NCBI GenBank assembly: GCA_934098735.1
Contig: CAKOOS010000005.1
Coordinates: 4,358-68,357 of the forward strand
Length of the DNA stretch: 64,000 nucleotides
Direction of reading: 5' to 3'
DNA from: an uncultured Bacilli bacterium
GTDB taxonomy: Bacteria; Bacillota_I; Bacilli_A; RF39; UBA660
The translations under genes were made by a program, and so were the position numbers. Position 1 is the stretch's first letter; each line of letters opens with the position of its first letter. The notes beneath the pieces were generated by a model that saw only the letters and a program-made list of their open reading frames with translations, ran no database searches and was not told the origin of the DNA. Below are positions 43,155 to 53,736 of the stretch, piece by piece.

Positions 43155-43743
43155 AGAAGGAAAAGACGTAGAAAATATTTTAGCTGAAATAATGGCTGAA
43201 AATAATTTAAATGCAGAAGATTTTATCTATACAAGTAAATTAAAAAAAGGTAAATTGTTTCAAGGAACTTTATATGAGGTTGATGTATATTTAAAAAGTG
43301 ATATAAATAATGAAATTAAAAATATTTTACATGAAATCGTGGAAAATATGGGATTAGAAGTTACAATAGAAATAAGTAATAAAGAAGAAAGAACAACTAT
43401 TAGAATGTTTTCAAATAAGGATTACATTTTAATAGGTAAAGAAGGGGCTACATTAAAGGCCTTAGAAGTAATTGTTAAACAAAGAATTCAAAATGAAACA
43501 GGTATTTATTATAAGTTTAATTTAGACGTATCAAATTATAAAACAAAAATTGCTAAACATTTAGAATGGTTAGCAAAGAAAAGTGCTAAAGAAGTTGCTG
43601 AAACCAAAATGGAAATTGCCTTAGATAATATGACTTCTTATGAAAGAAGAATAATTCATAATGCTTTAACTGATTTTAAAGGAGTTAAAACAGAAAGTGA
43701 AGGGGAAGAACCTAATAGACATATAGTTATAAAGCCACTTTAA
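43138..43743 (+). CDS. jag: RNA-binding protein Jag/KhpB (KH plus R3H domains)
   Basis: The 'RRIIHNAL' R3H motif; follows yidC. Confidence 0.85.
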   Translation: MEKITKEGKDVENILAEIMAENNLNAEDFIYTSKLKKGKLFQGTLYEVDVYLKSDINNEIKNILHEIVENMGLEVTIEISNKEERTTIRMFSNKDYILIGKEGATLKALEVIVKQRIQNETGIYYKFNLDVSNYKTKIAKHLEWLAKKSAKEVAETKMEIALDNMTSYERRIIHNALTDFKGVKTESEGEEPNRHIVIKPL

Positions 43744-43756
43744 AGTGGCTTTTAAC
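43731..43756 (+). terminator. Rho-independent terminator overlapping the jag stop codon
   Basis: AAAGCCACTTT-AAAGTGGCTTT followed by a T-rich stretch. Confidence 0.55.
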
Positions 43757-43890
43757 GTGTTTTTCTTTATAAGAAACTAACAAATTAAAATTATATAAAA
43801 TATAAATATAACTTATATTGATTATAAAACGAATTTATATCAAATATAATCTCTTATTGTAAAATTATAAAAACGAAAGGAATAGCATTA

Positions 43891-44220
43891 ATGGAGAATT
43901 TACGAATAATAAGAGAAAAAAGACATAAAAATCAATTAAATGTTGCTATAGCAGTCGGAGTTAGTCAAGAATCAATTAGTATGTATGAATCTGGTGTAAG
44001 TTATCCTAAAGCAAATATTTTAATTAAACTTGCTAAATACTTAGAAACAAGTACAGATTATTTGTTAGGACTTACAGATGATGACACACCAATAAAATAT
44101 ATGACTAAAAGTCTTACAAATAAAGAAAAAGAGCTATTGGAAAGATTTATTTATCTAAATACAGAAGATCAATTAAAGCTTATAGGATATGCTGATTCTC
44201 TTATTAAAGTAACAACTTAA
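43891..44220 (+). CDS. XRE-family helix-turn-helix transcriptional regulator
   Basis: N-terminal Cro/C1-type HTH ('QLNVAIAVGVSQESISMYESG'). Confidence 0.7.
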   Translation: MENLRIIREKRHKNQLNVAIAVGVSQESISMYESGVSYPKANILIKLAKYLETSTDYLLGLTDDDTPIKYMTKSLTNKEKELLERFIYLNTEDQLKLIGYADSLIKVTT

Positions 44221-44243
44221 ATATTTAATTTTATAAATTTACG

Positions 44244-44252
44244 TGCTATAAT
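44244..44252 (+). promoter_or_regulatory. Extended -10 promoter element TGCTATAAT upstream of mnmE
   Basis: Direct read. Confidence 0.45.
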
Positions 44253-44280
44253 ACTTCCAGTGAAAGGAAGTGTTTTTTTT

Positions 44281-45630
44281 ATGGAAGATACGATATGTGC
44301 AATTTCAACTAGTATTGGACTTGGTGCTATTTCTATAGTACGAGTTACTGGAAAAGATGCAATTAATATAGTAAATAATTTATTTGATCATGATATAAAA
44401 AATGCTTCTAGTCATACTATTCATTATGGTCATATCGAATATCAAGATGAAATAATTGATGAAGTATTAATAATGATTATGAAAGCTCCGAAAACTTATA
44501 CAACTGAAGATGTGGTAGAAATTAATTGTCATGGTGGAATAAATACCACAAAAAAAATAATGGAAATACTACTAATGAATGGTTGTAGATTAGCTGAACC
44601 TGGAGAATTTACAAAAAGAGCATATTTAAATGGAAGAATTAATTTACTTGAAGCAGAATCTGTAAATGATTTGATAGTGGCTAAAACAGATGCAGCAAGA
44701 AAGCTTGCAATGAATAATGTAAATGGTTTACTATCTCAAAAAATAAGTGCTTTAAGAAGCAAAATAGCTAAAATTTTAGCAAACATTGAAGTAAATATAG
44801 ATTACCCCGAATATGCAGATGAATTAGTTGTAACTACATCTTTAATGCATGGCTATTTAGATGAAATAAATAAAGAGTTAAAAAGTTTAGTAGAAGGTTC
44901 TAAAAATGGTCAGATAATTAAAAATGGTATAAATATTGCTATAATAGGAAAACCAAATGTAGGTAAAAGTAGTATTTTAAACCATCTTTTAGATGAAGAA
45001 AAAGCCATAGTTACAAATATTCCTGGTACGACGAGAGATATAGTGGAAGGTACTATTTCTTTAGAAGGTGTAGCTATAAATTTCATTGATACAGCAGGAA
45101 TTAGAGAAACATCTGATATTGTTGAAAAAATAGGCGTTGATAAAAGTAAACAAGCAGCGGAAGCTGCAGATCTTATTTTGTTTGTATTAAATAATAATGA
45201 GAAAATAAGTGAAGAAGAGCTAGATTTAATTAATAGTTTTAAAGAAAATAAGCTTATTATTTATATTAATAAAGCAGATTTACCAAAAAAAGTAGAACTA
45301 CCAGATGAAATAGATGACGTTATATATGGAAATACTATTTCACCAGATGGATTAAACAATTTAAAAAATAAAATTATAGAAAAATTTTCATTAAAAGAAA
45401 TAATTAATAAAGACATGAGCTATTTATCTAATTTACGTGAAATAGATTTAATAAACAAAGCTTATAATACTTTAAAAAGTGCTCAACATAATTTAGATAA
45501 TGGAATGAGTGTTGACATGGTTGAAATTGATTTAAAAGAAGCCTGGAATTATTTAGGAGAAATAATAGGAGAAAGTTACCAAGATGAATTAGTTGATAAA
45601 ATTTTTAGTAACTTTTGTTTAGGAAAGTAG
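44281..45630 (+). CDS. mnmE: tRNA modification GTPase MnmE
   Basis: G-domain 'GKPNVGKSS', 'DTAG' and 'NKAD', plus the C-terminal 'CLGK'. The start was set to the ATG with RBS AAAGGAAG; the track ORF begins at an upstream GTG. Confidence 0.9.
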   Translation: MEDTICAISTSIGLGAISIVRVTGKDAINIVNNLFDHDIKNASSHTIHYGHIEYQDEIIDEVLIMIMKAPKTYTTEDVVEINCHGGINTTKKIMEILLMNGCRLAEPGEFTKRAYLNGRINLLEAESVNDLIVAKTDAARKLAMNNVNGLLSQKISALRSKIAKILANIEVNIDYPEYADELVVTTSLMHGYLDEINKELKSLVEGSKNGQIIKNGINIAIIGKPNVGKSSILNHLLDEEKAIVTNIPGTTRDIVEGTISLEGVAINFIDTAGIRETSDIVEKIGVDKSKQAAEAADLILFVLNNNEKISEEELDLINSFKENKLIIYINKADLPKKVELPDEIDDVIYGNTISPDGLNNLKNKIIEKFSLKEIINKDMSYLSNLREIDLINKAYNTLKSAQHNLDNGMSVDMVEIDLKEAWNYLGEIIGESYQDELVDKIFSNFCLGK

Positions 45631-45638
45631 GTAATAAA

Positions 45639-47507
45639 ATGTTTGATTGTATAGTTGTTGGTGGTGGTCATGCTGGAATCGAAGCCTCTCATATAGCTGC
45701 CAAAATGGGATGTAAAACATTACTAGTAACAGGAAATATAAAAAATATTGGTGATATGCCATGTAATCCATCTATTGGAGGGACTGCTAAAGGAATAATT
45801 GTACGTGAAGTAGATGCTCTCGGAGGATTAATGGGCAAAATTGCAGATAAATCCCATTTACAAATAAAAATGTTAAATAACTCTAAGGGCCCAGCTGTAA
45901 GAAGCTTAAGAGCTCAAGCAGATAAAATAACATATCCACAAAATATGCAAAATTATTTAAGTAAAATGGAAAATTTAACTATTAAAGAAGCAATTATAGA
46001 AGACTTAATTTTAGAAAATGGAGTTGTTAACGGTGTTATTACTGAAGATGGTGAAAAAATATACGGAAAAACAGTTATTTTAACAACAGGAACATATTTG
46101 TGTGGCAATATTTTAGTGGGTAGTGAGAATACCCCTGGAGGACCTCACGGTGAAAAAAGAAGTAATTATTTATCGCAAAAATTAAAAGAATATGGTTTAA
46201 AAATACTTAGACTTAAAACTGGGACCCCACAAAGAATAAAAAAAGATTCTATTGACTTTAGTGTCATGCAAAAAGAAAATGGGGATAATACACTTTGGAC
46301 ATTTTCTTATGACGATAAACCTTCTTATAATGTTGATGAACAAAGCTCTTGTTATTTATTGTATACTAATGAAAAAACTCATCAAATAATTAGAGATAAT
46401 TTAGATAAATCAGCAATGTATGGAGGATATGCAACAGGTGTTGGACCTAGATATTGTCCATCTATTGAAGATAAAATAGTGCGCTTTAGTGATAAAGAAA
46501 GGCATCAATTGTTTCTTGAACCAGAAAGTTTATATTATGATGATTGGTATTTACAAGGTTTTTCAACTAGCATGCCAAGAGATATTCAGTTACAAATGGT
46601 TCATAGTTTGCATGGTCTTGAAAATGCCATTATAACTAAATATGCCTATGCAATTGAATACGATGCCATAGATCCGTTGCAAATTAAGCCTTCATTAGAA
46701 AATAAAATAATTGGTAATCTTTTTACAGCAGGTCAAATAAATGGTACGAGTGGTTATGAAGAAGCTGCAGGTCAAGGAATAATTGCAGGAATAAATGCCG
46801 TTTTAAAAGTTCAAGGAAAAAAACCCCTTATTTTAAAAAGAAGTGACGCTTATATCGGAGTTTTAATTGATGATTTAGTTACAAAAGGAACTATTGAACC
46901 ATATCGTATGTTAACAAGTAGGGCAGAATTTCGCCTTCTTTTAAGATCTGATAACGCCGATTTACGTTTGAGACATCTAGCTAAAGAAATAGGAACTATT
47001 AATGATGAACAATATCAAAGATTACTAACAAAAGAAAAAAATATTAAAGAACTAACAGAATATTTAAAAAATAATGTCTTGCATTTAACAGATGAAGTGA
47101 AGAGTATTTTTTCAAGAGAAAATAAAAATATTCCTTTAACTGGAATAAACTATTATGATTTATTAAAAAGACCAGAAATAGATTTAAAATTTATAGAAAA
47201 TTTTATAACATTAGATTATTCTGATGAAGTAAAAGAACAAGTAGAAATAAATGCTAAATATTCTGGATATATACAAAAAGCCTATAAAGAAGTTGAAAAA
47301 TTATTAAAACTTGAAGATAAACAAATTCCTGATGATATTGATTATAAAAAAGTTACCAATCTTGCTAGCGAAGCTAAGCAAAAACTTGAAAAGATAAGAC
47401 CAAAAACTATCGCTCAAGCTTCAAGAATTAGTGGAGTTAATCCTGTTGATATATCAGTTTTGACTGTTTACTTAAAAAAGGAATATAGTAAAGATGACAA
47501 TAAATGA
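45639..47507 (+). CDS. mnmG: tRNA uridine 5-carboxymethylaminomethyl modification enzyme MnmG (GidA)
   Basis: FAD-binding 'VVGGGHAG'; typical length. Confidence 0.95.
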   Translation: MFDCIVVGGGHAGIEASHIAAKMGCKTLLVTGNIKNIGDMPCNPSIGGTAKGIIVREVDALGGLMGKIADKSHLQIKMLNNSKGPAVRSLRAQADKITYPQNMQNYLSKMENLTIKEAIIEDLILENGVVNGVITEDGEKIYGKTVILTTGTYLCGNILVGSENTPGGPHGEKRSNYLSQKLKEYGLKILRLKTGTPQRIKKDSIDFSVMQKENGDNTLWTFSYDDKPSYNVDEQSSCYLLYTNEKTHQIIRDNLDKSAMYGGYATGVGPRYCPSIEDKIVRFSDKERHQLFLEPESLYYDDWYLQGFSTSMPRDIQLQMVHSLHGLENAIITKYAYAIEYDAIDPLQIKPSLENKIIGNLFTAGQINGTSGYEEAAGQGIIAGINAVLKVQGKKPLILKRSDAYIGVLIDDLVTKGTIEPYRMLTSRAEFRLLLRSDNADLRLRHLAKEIGTINDEQYQRLLTKEKNIKELTEYLKNNVLHLTDEVKSIFSRENKNIPLTGINYYDLLKRPEIDLKFIENFITLDYSDEVKEQVEINAKYSGYIQKAYKEVEKLLKLEDKQIPDDIDYKKVTNLASEAKQKLEKIRPKTIAQASRISGVNPVDISVLTVYLKKEYSKDDNK

Positions 47508-48213
47508 GTTTATAGAAAGTGTTAAAAAGCTGGGAATTAAAATAAGTGATGAAGAGTTAAATAAATTGGACATTTATGTCAAATTTTTATTAGAGTATAA
47601 CGAGCACACTAATTTGACTGCCATAAAAAAAGAAGAAGATGTTTATTTAAAGCATTTTTATGATAGTTTAACAATAAGTTACGTCATTAATTTGGAAGAG
47701 GAAAAAATTCTTTTAGATATCGGAACAGGGGCAGGTTTTCCAGGTATGATTTTAAAAATATTTTTTCCAAATTTAAAAGTAACCCTTTTAGATAGTAATA
47801 ATAAAAAAACAAAATTTTTAGAGAAACTAAGAGATAAGCTAAACTTAAATGACGTCGAAATAATAAATGACAGAGTAGAAAATCTAGCTAAAACACGTTT
47901 AAATTATTATGATGTTGTAACCGCTAGAGCAGTTACTAACATGACTGTTTTAACTGAACTTGCTATGCCACTTGTTAAAGAAGAAAAATATTTTATAGCA
48001 CTAAAGGGAAGTAATATAAATGAAATTGAAGATAGCTATTATGCTATTTCTGTAATGCATGGAAAAATAGTAAAATCTAAAGAATTTGAATTAGCTAAAG
48101 AAGCTGGAAAAAGAAATATAGTAAAAATTAAAAAGCTTAATAAGACAAATATAAATGAAATAAGATCTTATGATAAAATTATTAAAAAGCCGTTGCAAAA
48201 AAAGATTAAATAG
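47494..48213 (+). CDS. rsmG: 16S rRNA (guanine527-N7)-methyltransferase RsmG (GidB)
   Basis: 'DIGTGAGFPG' SAM motif; follows mnmG. Confidence 0.9.
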   Translation: MTINEFIESVKKLGIKISDEELNKLDIYVKFLLEYNEHTNLTAIKKEEDVYLKHFYDSLTISYVINLEEEKILLDIGTGAGFPGMILKIFFPNLKVTLLDSNNKKTKFLEKLRDKLNLNDVEIINDRVENLAKTRLNYYDVVTARAVTNMTVLTELAMPLVKEEKYFIALKGSNINEIEDSYYAISVMHGKIVKSKEFELAKEAGKRNIVKIKKLNKTNINEIRSYDKIIKKPLQKKIK

Positions 48214-48226
48214 TTTAGAATAAAAG

Positions 48227-49354
48227 ATGATAGGGTTGATAGATGTGAATAATATGCAAATGGAAAATACCGTTTTACAAGTTCCTATAGAGGATATAAT
48301 ACCAAACCGTTTTCAACCACGGTTATCTTTTGATGATTCTTCTTTAAATGATTTAGCCTCATCAATTAAACAACATGGAATAATTCAACCTCTTGTTTTA
48401 AGAAGAAAAAATGACAAATATGAAATAATTGCGGGAGAAAGAAGATATAAAGCTGCGCGTATGGCTGGTTTAATTACTGTTCCTGCTATAATATCAAATT
48501 TAGACGATAATGCTTCAGCAGAAGTTGCAATCGTAGAAAATATTCAAAGAAAAGATTTAACAGCAATTGAAGAAGCAAAATCTTATCAAGCTCTTTTAGA
48601 TAAAGGCTATATGACACAAGAAGAATTAGCTCGCAAGATGGGCTTATCACAGTCAGCAATTTCTAATAAACTTAGGTTACTTTCACTTGATGAAGAAGTA
48701 CAAAATGCTATACTTGCTGAAAAAATATCTGAAAGACATGCTAGAACACTTTTAAAAGTTCCGAGTCATGAAAAACAAAAAGAATTATTAAATAAAGTAA
48801 TCAAAGAAAGAATGACAGTTAAACAATTAGAAGATGAAATAAAAAAGAATGAAGGAAGTGCAAAAGAAGTGAATCAAGAAGAAATTCCGATTATAAATTC
48901 AACTCCAGATATTAACAATGTTATAAATAATTCAGTAGATATTAATAAAATTACTAATAGTCCAGAGGAATTATTTACGGAAGAAGTAACTCCAAAAACT
49001 GTAACTCCTGAAAAATTCTTTTCTAATCCCGAAAAAATGCCTAATAAATTCTTTAATTTTTTGGAAGATACAGCAGCTAATATGAACGTTCATGAAGAAA
49101 TTCCTATTATTGAAATTGCACCAGAAGAAAAAACAAAAGATAATAATTCAATTACAAAAACTGATAATATTGAAATGTTAGATGATTTTATAGTTCCAAC
49201 AACAGCTGAAGTAAAAGTAGAAGATGACTACTTAGATTCAGTATTAAAGACTATTCGTGGATTAAATTTAGATAGTGATAAAGTAGTTGTTAAGGAAATG
49301 AATTTACCAACAGAATATCATATCAATATCATTATAAAAAAAGATAAAATCTAG
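48227..49354 (+). CDS. noc: ParB-family protein, Noc (nucleoid occlusion)-like, with a long low-complexity linker; start uncertain
   Basis: ParB box 'IIPNRFQPR' and 'GERRYKAA'. The HTH region 'GLSQSAISNKLRLL...KISERHARTLL' matches Noc (GQSTIANKLRLL, KITERHARALI) better than Spo0J (SRPHIANHLRLL). It sits at the rsmG-noc position. Confidence 0.7.
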   Translation: MIGLIDVNNMQMENTVLQVPIEDIIPNRFQPRLSFDDSSLNDLASSIKQHGIIQPLVLRRKNDKYEIIAGERRYKAARMAGLITVPAIISNLDDNASAEVAIVENIQRKDLTAIEEAKSYQALLDKGYMTQEELARKMGLSQSAISNKLRLLSLDEEVQNAILAEKISERHARTLLKVPSHEKQKELLNKVIKERMTVKQLEDEIKKNEGSAKEVNQEEIPIINSTPDINNVINNSVDINKITNSPEELFTEEVTPKTVTPEKFFSNPEKMPNKFFNFLEDTAANMNVHEEIPIIEIAPEEKTKDNNSITKTDNIEMLDDFIVPTTAEVKVEDDYLDSVLKTIRGLNLDSDKVVVKEMNLPTEYHINIIIKKDKI

Positions 49355-49375
49355 AAGACTTTGCTTCTAGATTTT

Positions 49376-49720
49376 TTATTTATTAGTAAATTTTTGTAAG
49401 TCAAAATTATAAAGAATTATTTGTGACTCATTTATAGTAAGATAAGTATTTTCATCAGATACTTTATAATCTTTAAAGTTATTTTTAAGTTTAAAAAGAA
49501 CTTCATATTGAGGAGTAATTTGTACCATTCGTCCTTTTAAAATATTATCTTGTTCAGTATCTACAAAAAAAATTATATTCTTATTAGTTAAAATAATTTG
49601 ACTCATAAAGTAATTGTTATCAAATTTTATTTGAACATTTGCTTCTTCTTTTAAAATTTCTTCATCATTTAGTTTAAAATCATAGTTATACATTATATCA
49701 CCTACTAAAATTATATCCAA
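49376..49720 (-). CDS. Hypothetical protein, 114 aa
   Basis: Clean ORF with no recognisable motif. Confidence 0.35.
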   Translation of the reverse strand: MDIILVGDIMYNYDFKLNDEEILKEEANVQIKFDNNYFMSQIILTNKNIIFFVDTEQDNILKGRMVQITPQYEVLFKLKNNFKDYKVSDENTYLTINESQIILYNFDLQKFTNK

Positions 49721-49742
49721 TTAATGATATAATATCAATAAA

Positions 49743-51689
49743 TTAATTTTCTTCTTTACTAACATATTGAGTGGGACTTACATTAGGTTCAGATCCCTTG
49801 ACATAATAAAATAAAGTACTTTTATTTTTATTATCAGTTACATTTCCTGTTACTGCATCAAAAGGAATAGCAATTACATTTTTAGGTATTTCATACCAAG
49901 AATTGTCTTTATCTTTTAAAACATACTCAATTGTACTTGCCCATGCTTTTTTAGTTTGATTTCTAGTTTTACTTTCTACAGGTTTATTATCATCGTAACC
50001 AGTCCAAGTAATAACTAGAGCATTAGAGTCATAACCAACTATCCAGTAATCAGTATCAGTAGATCCTGTTTTTATAGCATATTTATGAGTTAGTTTTGAA
50101 GCAATATTTAGAGCAGTTGGTGTTGTATAATCGATAAATGCTTCATTAGTCGTAGATGTTAACATTTCATTTAAAATAAAAGTATAATTGGGATTAAGCA
50201 CTAATTTTCTTTCATCAACATGTTCATACAAAACATTACCATCCAAATCTTCTATTTTTTGTATAAAATATAATTCTTTCTTATATCCACCAGAAGCAAA
50301 AGTATTATATCCAGTTGCAAAGTCTAGGATATTTATCTCACTAGTTCCAAGTGGTAAAGAAGCAACTTCAGATAGTGAGGCATTTATTCCTGTTCGCTTA
50401 GCTACTTCGATCATTTTATCAACACCCAAAAATAAATTTGTTTTGATAGCATAAATATTATCAGATAAAGCAACTGCAGCAGCCATGGTTATATCTTTAC
50501 TAGCATAAATATTTCCAGCATTTTGTGGAGAATATGTTTTGTTGTTGGATAAATGAAATGTCGTTTCCTCACTTCTAAAAGTACTAGACATCGTCATATT
50601 GTTTTCAAGAGCAGCGTAATACAAAAAAGGTTTCATAGTTGAGCCAACTTGTCTTTTGCTTTTAAGGGCACGATTATATTGACTTTTTGCATAATTTACA
50701 CCACCAGTAAGGGCCATAACTTTTCCTGTGCTAGGCTCTACGATTACACTGGCAACTTGCAAATCATCATCTGTCAAATTTGCTAGTATATTTTCTTCTA
50801 AATTTTTTTGCACTTCTAAATCGAGATTAGTATATATTTTTAATCCTCCAGATTCTATCAAAGAAGATGGTATAGACTTTATATTATTTAGTTCATTTAA
50901 AACAGCATCTTGGTAATACATCACCATTTGAAGATTATTACTTTTTGTTTGACCATAAATATCTATTTTTTCTTTAAATAAGTTATTCAACATAGCTTCA
51001 TCAATATAACCATTATTAAACATAGCTTGAGCTACAATTTTAGCTCTTTTAATAGATTCATCGTAATTAGAAACTGGATTATACCGAGATGGATTTTTAG
51101 GAATACCTGCAAGTATTATAGCTTCTTCAAGAGTTAATTCACTTGGCTTTTTATTAAAATAATAACTTGAAGCATTTACTATTCCCATATTTCCTTGACC
51201 ATAATTTATAGTATTTAAATATCCCGCAAGTATATCATCTTTATCATAATGAACCTCTAACTCTAGAGTTAAAAAAGCTTCTTCAATTTTCCTAGACCAA
51301 GTTTGATTAAAGTCTAGATAAAGATTTTTTATATATTGTTGTGATATCGTAGAGGCACCTTGAACTATACCTTTATTTTTAATATTTATAAACATGGCTT
51401 TAGCTATTCGCATATAATCAAAGCCATTATGTTTATAAAAATTTTTATCTTCGACAGCTATAACAGCTTCAATTAAATAATCGCTTATTTCATCAATATT
51501 AGCCCATTCATTACTTCTAGATCCCTGATAAAGTAATTCGTTTTTATTATCATATATATATAAGCTACCACTTGTTTTTAGATTTAGTTTAGGACTAAAA
51601 TAAGCATAAGTATAAAGTCCCACTATTATAACCACAAAAGTAATAAATAAAAATATTAAACTTTTTATTATAAAACGCATAGTTTTCAA
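49743..51689 (-). CDS. Class A penicillin-binding protein (transglycosylase plus transpeptidase)
   Basis: GT51 motifs 'EDKNFYKHNGFD' and 'GASTISQQ'; transpeptidase 'STMKP' and 'KTG'. Confidence 0.85.
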   Translation of the reverse strand: MKTMRFIIKSLIFLFITFVVIIVGLYTYAYFSPKLNLKTSGSLYIYDNKNELLYQGSRSNEWANIDEISDYLIEAVIAVEDKNFYKHNGFDYMRIAKAMFINIKNKGIVQGASTISQQYIKNLYLDFNQTWSRKIEEAFLTLELEVHYDKDDILAGYLNTINYGQGNMGIVNASSYYFNKKPSELTLEEAIILAGIPKNPSRYNPVSNYDESIKRAKIVAQAMFNNGYIDEAMLNNLFKEKIDIYGQTKSNNLQMVMYYQDAVLNELNNIKSIPSSLIESGGLKIYTNLDLEVQKNLEENILANLTDDDLQVASVIVEPSTGKVMALTGGVNYAKSQYNRALKSKRQVGSTMKPFLYYAALENNMTMSSTFRSEETTFHLSNNKTYSPQNAGNIYASKDITMAAAVALSDNIYAIKTNLFLGVDKMIEVAKRTGINASLSEVASLPLGTSEINILDFATGYNTFASGGYKKELYFIQKIEDLDGNVLYEHVDERKLVLNPNYTFILNEMLTSTTNEAFIDYTTPTALNIASKLTHKYAIKTGSTDTDYWIVGYDSNALVITWTGYDDNKPVESKTRNQTKKAWASTIEYVLKDKDNSWYEIPKNVIAIPFDAVTGNVTDNKNKSTLFYYVKGSEPNVSPTQYVSKEEN

Positions 51690-51777
51690 GAGCTATCACC
51701 TTAAATTTAGTATGTAATTATAAAATTTATCTATACATTTATATTAAAGTTTGTTATAATGTTTTGGAAAAAACGAG

Positions 51778-52119
51778 GTGAAAAACTTGGTTATTGACTG
51801 GCAACTTAAAAATAACGGAGAAATAGTTATAAACTCAGAAAATCAAAAAGTTAAATGTATCAATGAAATAATATATTATAATGATGAATATGGAAATCAT
51901 GAAGTAGATATTACTAAGAAAATATATCGTAAAAAAAACAATAATGAAAACATAGAAATAGATTTTGTAAATAGTTTGTTAACTATTTCATTTGATGATA
52001 AAAATCTTAAATTTGATATAGAAACAAAATATAATATAAATGGTAATGATATAGAACTTATTTATTTTATTGGTGATGATGAAAAAGTAATTAAAATTAC
52101 TAGAAAAGAGGGTATATGA
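51778..52119 (+). CDS. Hypothetical protein, 113 aa
   Basis: ORF overlapping the argS start by 4 nt. A TGTTATAAT extended -10 lies upstream. Confidence 0.4.
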   Translation: MKNLVIDWQLKNNGEIVINSENQKVKCINEIIYYNDEYGNHEVDITKKIYRKKNNNENIEIDFVNSLLTISFDDKNLKFDIETKYNINGNDIELIYFIGDDEKVIKITRKEGI

Positions 52120-53723
52120 AAAATATATTAAGCAGTGTAATAAAAGAGGCTTTAAAAAAATTAAACATTGAAGAAATAGATGTAGAAATTAGCAAGCCAG
52201 CTTTAGAAGAAAATGGAGATTTTTCATCTAATGTGGCAATGAAATTAGCTAAGGTATTAAAGAGAAATCCTTCAGAAATAGCTAAGGAAATAGTTGAAAA
52301 TATAAATAGTGACCAAATTATCAACATAGAAATTAAAAATCCTGGATTTATAAACTTTTTTGTTAAAAAAGATTATTTGTTAGACAATATAAATAAAGTT
52401 TTAACAGAAAAAGAAAATTATGGTAGTAGTAATATTGGCTGTGGAAAAAAAGTAAATATTGAATTTGTTAGCGCAAATCCAACAGGAATATTGCATCTTG
52501 GAAATGCTCGTGGAGGAGCTTATGGTGACTCGTTAGCTAGAATACTAAAATTTAGTGGTTATGATGTTACAAAAGAATATTATATTAATGATGCTGGAAA
52601 TCAAATAAATAATTTAGGGTTATCAATTTTAGAAAGATACAAAGAAATATGTAATATGCCATTTAGTATTCCTGAAAATGGTTATCATGGAAAAGAAATA
52701 ATTGCTATAGCGCAAAAAATATACGATGAAAATAAAGATACTTGTTTAAATAAAGATATCGAATATTTTAAAGAAATTGGTTCAAAAGAATTAATTAATC
52801 ATATATTTACTGATTTAAAAGATTATAGAATAGAATATGATGTTAAAACCAGTGAAAAAGCAATAAGAGAAAAATATAAAACAGAAGATATAATTAATAA
52901 ATTAGCTGAAAATGGATATATTTATGAATTAGATGGTGCTACTTGGTTTAAATGTAGTAGTATTTTTGATGACAAAGATCATGTTTTAATAAAAGAAGAT
53001 GGTGAAATTACTTATTTTTTACCTGATATTGCATATCATCTAGATAAATATAAACGCGGCTATAATAAAATGATAGATGTTTTGGGAACTGATCATCATG
53101 GTTATGTAGCTAGGTTAAAAAGTAGTGTTAAAGCTTTGGGAGAAGATCCATTAAAACTTGAAGTAAAACTTTTACAATTAGTTAGACTAATTGAAAACGG
53201 CGAAATAGTGAAAATGAGTAAAAGAACGGGAAAATCTGTAACATTAAGAGAACTTATGGACGAAGTAGGAGTAAATGCCATGCGTTATTACTTTTCTAGA
53301 TATAGTTTGGATACTCAAATGGATTTTGATTTAAATTTAGCTAAAAGTAAATCTAATGAAAACCCTGTTTTTTACGTAAGTTATGCTTATGCTAGAATTT
53401 GCTCTATTTTAAAAGAAAAAGATTGTCATGAAAAACTTGAAAAATATATTGCATTAAATGATAAACCGTCATATAATGTTTTAGAAAAAGTTTACGAGTT
53501 TCCTGATGTTGTTAAAATGGCAGCAACAAAAGAGTTACCACATTTAATAACAAATTATGTTTATGAATTAGCAAGTTTATTTCATGCTTATTATGCTAAG
53601 AAAAAAATACTAACAGAAAACGAAGAAGAAACTTTGGAAAATTTAAATCTAATTAAGTGTGTAAAACAAACTATATTTAATGCATTAAACTTAATTGGAG
53701 TAATACCACCAGAACAAATGTAA
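52116..53723 (+). CDS. argS: Arginine--tRNA ligase
   Basis: 'SANPTGILHLGNARG' HIGH-region and class I architecture. Confidence 0.9.
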   Translation: MKNILSSVIKEALKKLNIEEIDVEISKPALEENGDFSSNVAMKLAKVLKRNPSEIAKEIVENINSDQIINIEIKNPGFINFFVKKDYLLDNINKVLTEKENYGSSNIGCGKKVNIEFVSANPTGILHLGNARGGAYGDSLARILKFSGYDVTKEYYINDAGNQINNLGLSILERYKEICNMPFSIPENGYHGKEIIAIAQKIYDENKDTCLNKDIEYFKEIGSKELINHIFTDLKDYRIEYDVKTSEKAIREKYKTEDIINKLAENGYIYELDGATWFKCSSIFDDKDHVLIKEDGEITYFLPDIAYHLDKYKRGYNKMIDVLGTDHHGYVARLKSSVKALGEDPLKLEVKLLQLVRLIENGEIVKMSKRTGKSVTLRELMDEVGVNAMRYYFSRYSLDTQMDFDLNLAKSKSNENPVFYVSYAYARICSILKEKDCHEKLEKYIALNDKPSYNVLEKVYEFPDVVKMAATKELPHLITNYVYELASLFHAYYAKKKILTENEEETLENLNLIKCVKQTIFNALNLIGVIPPEQM

Positions 53724-53736
53724 GGAGAATGAATAT

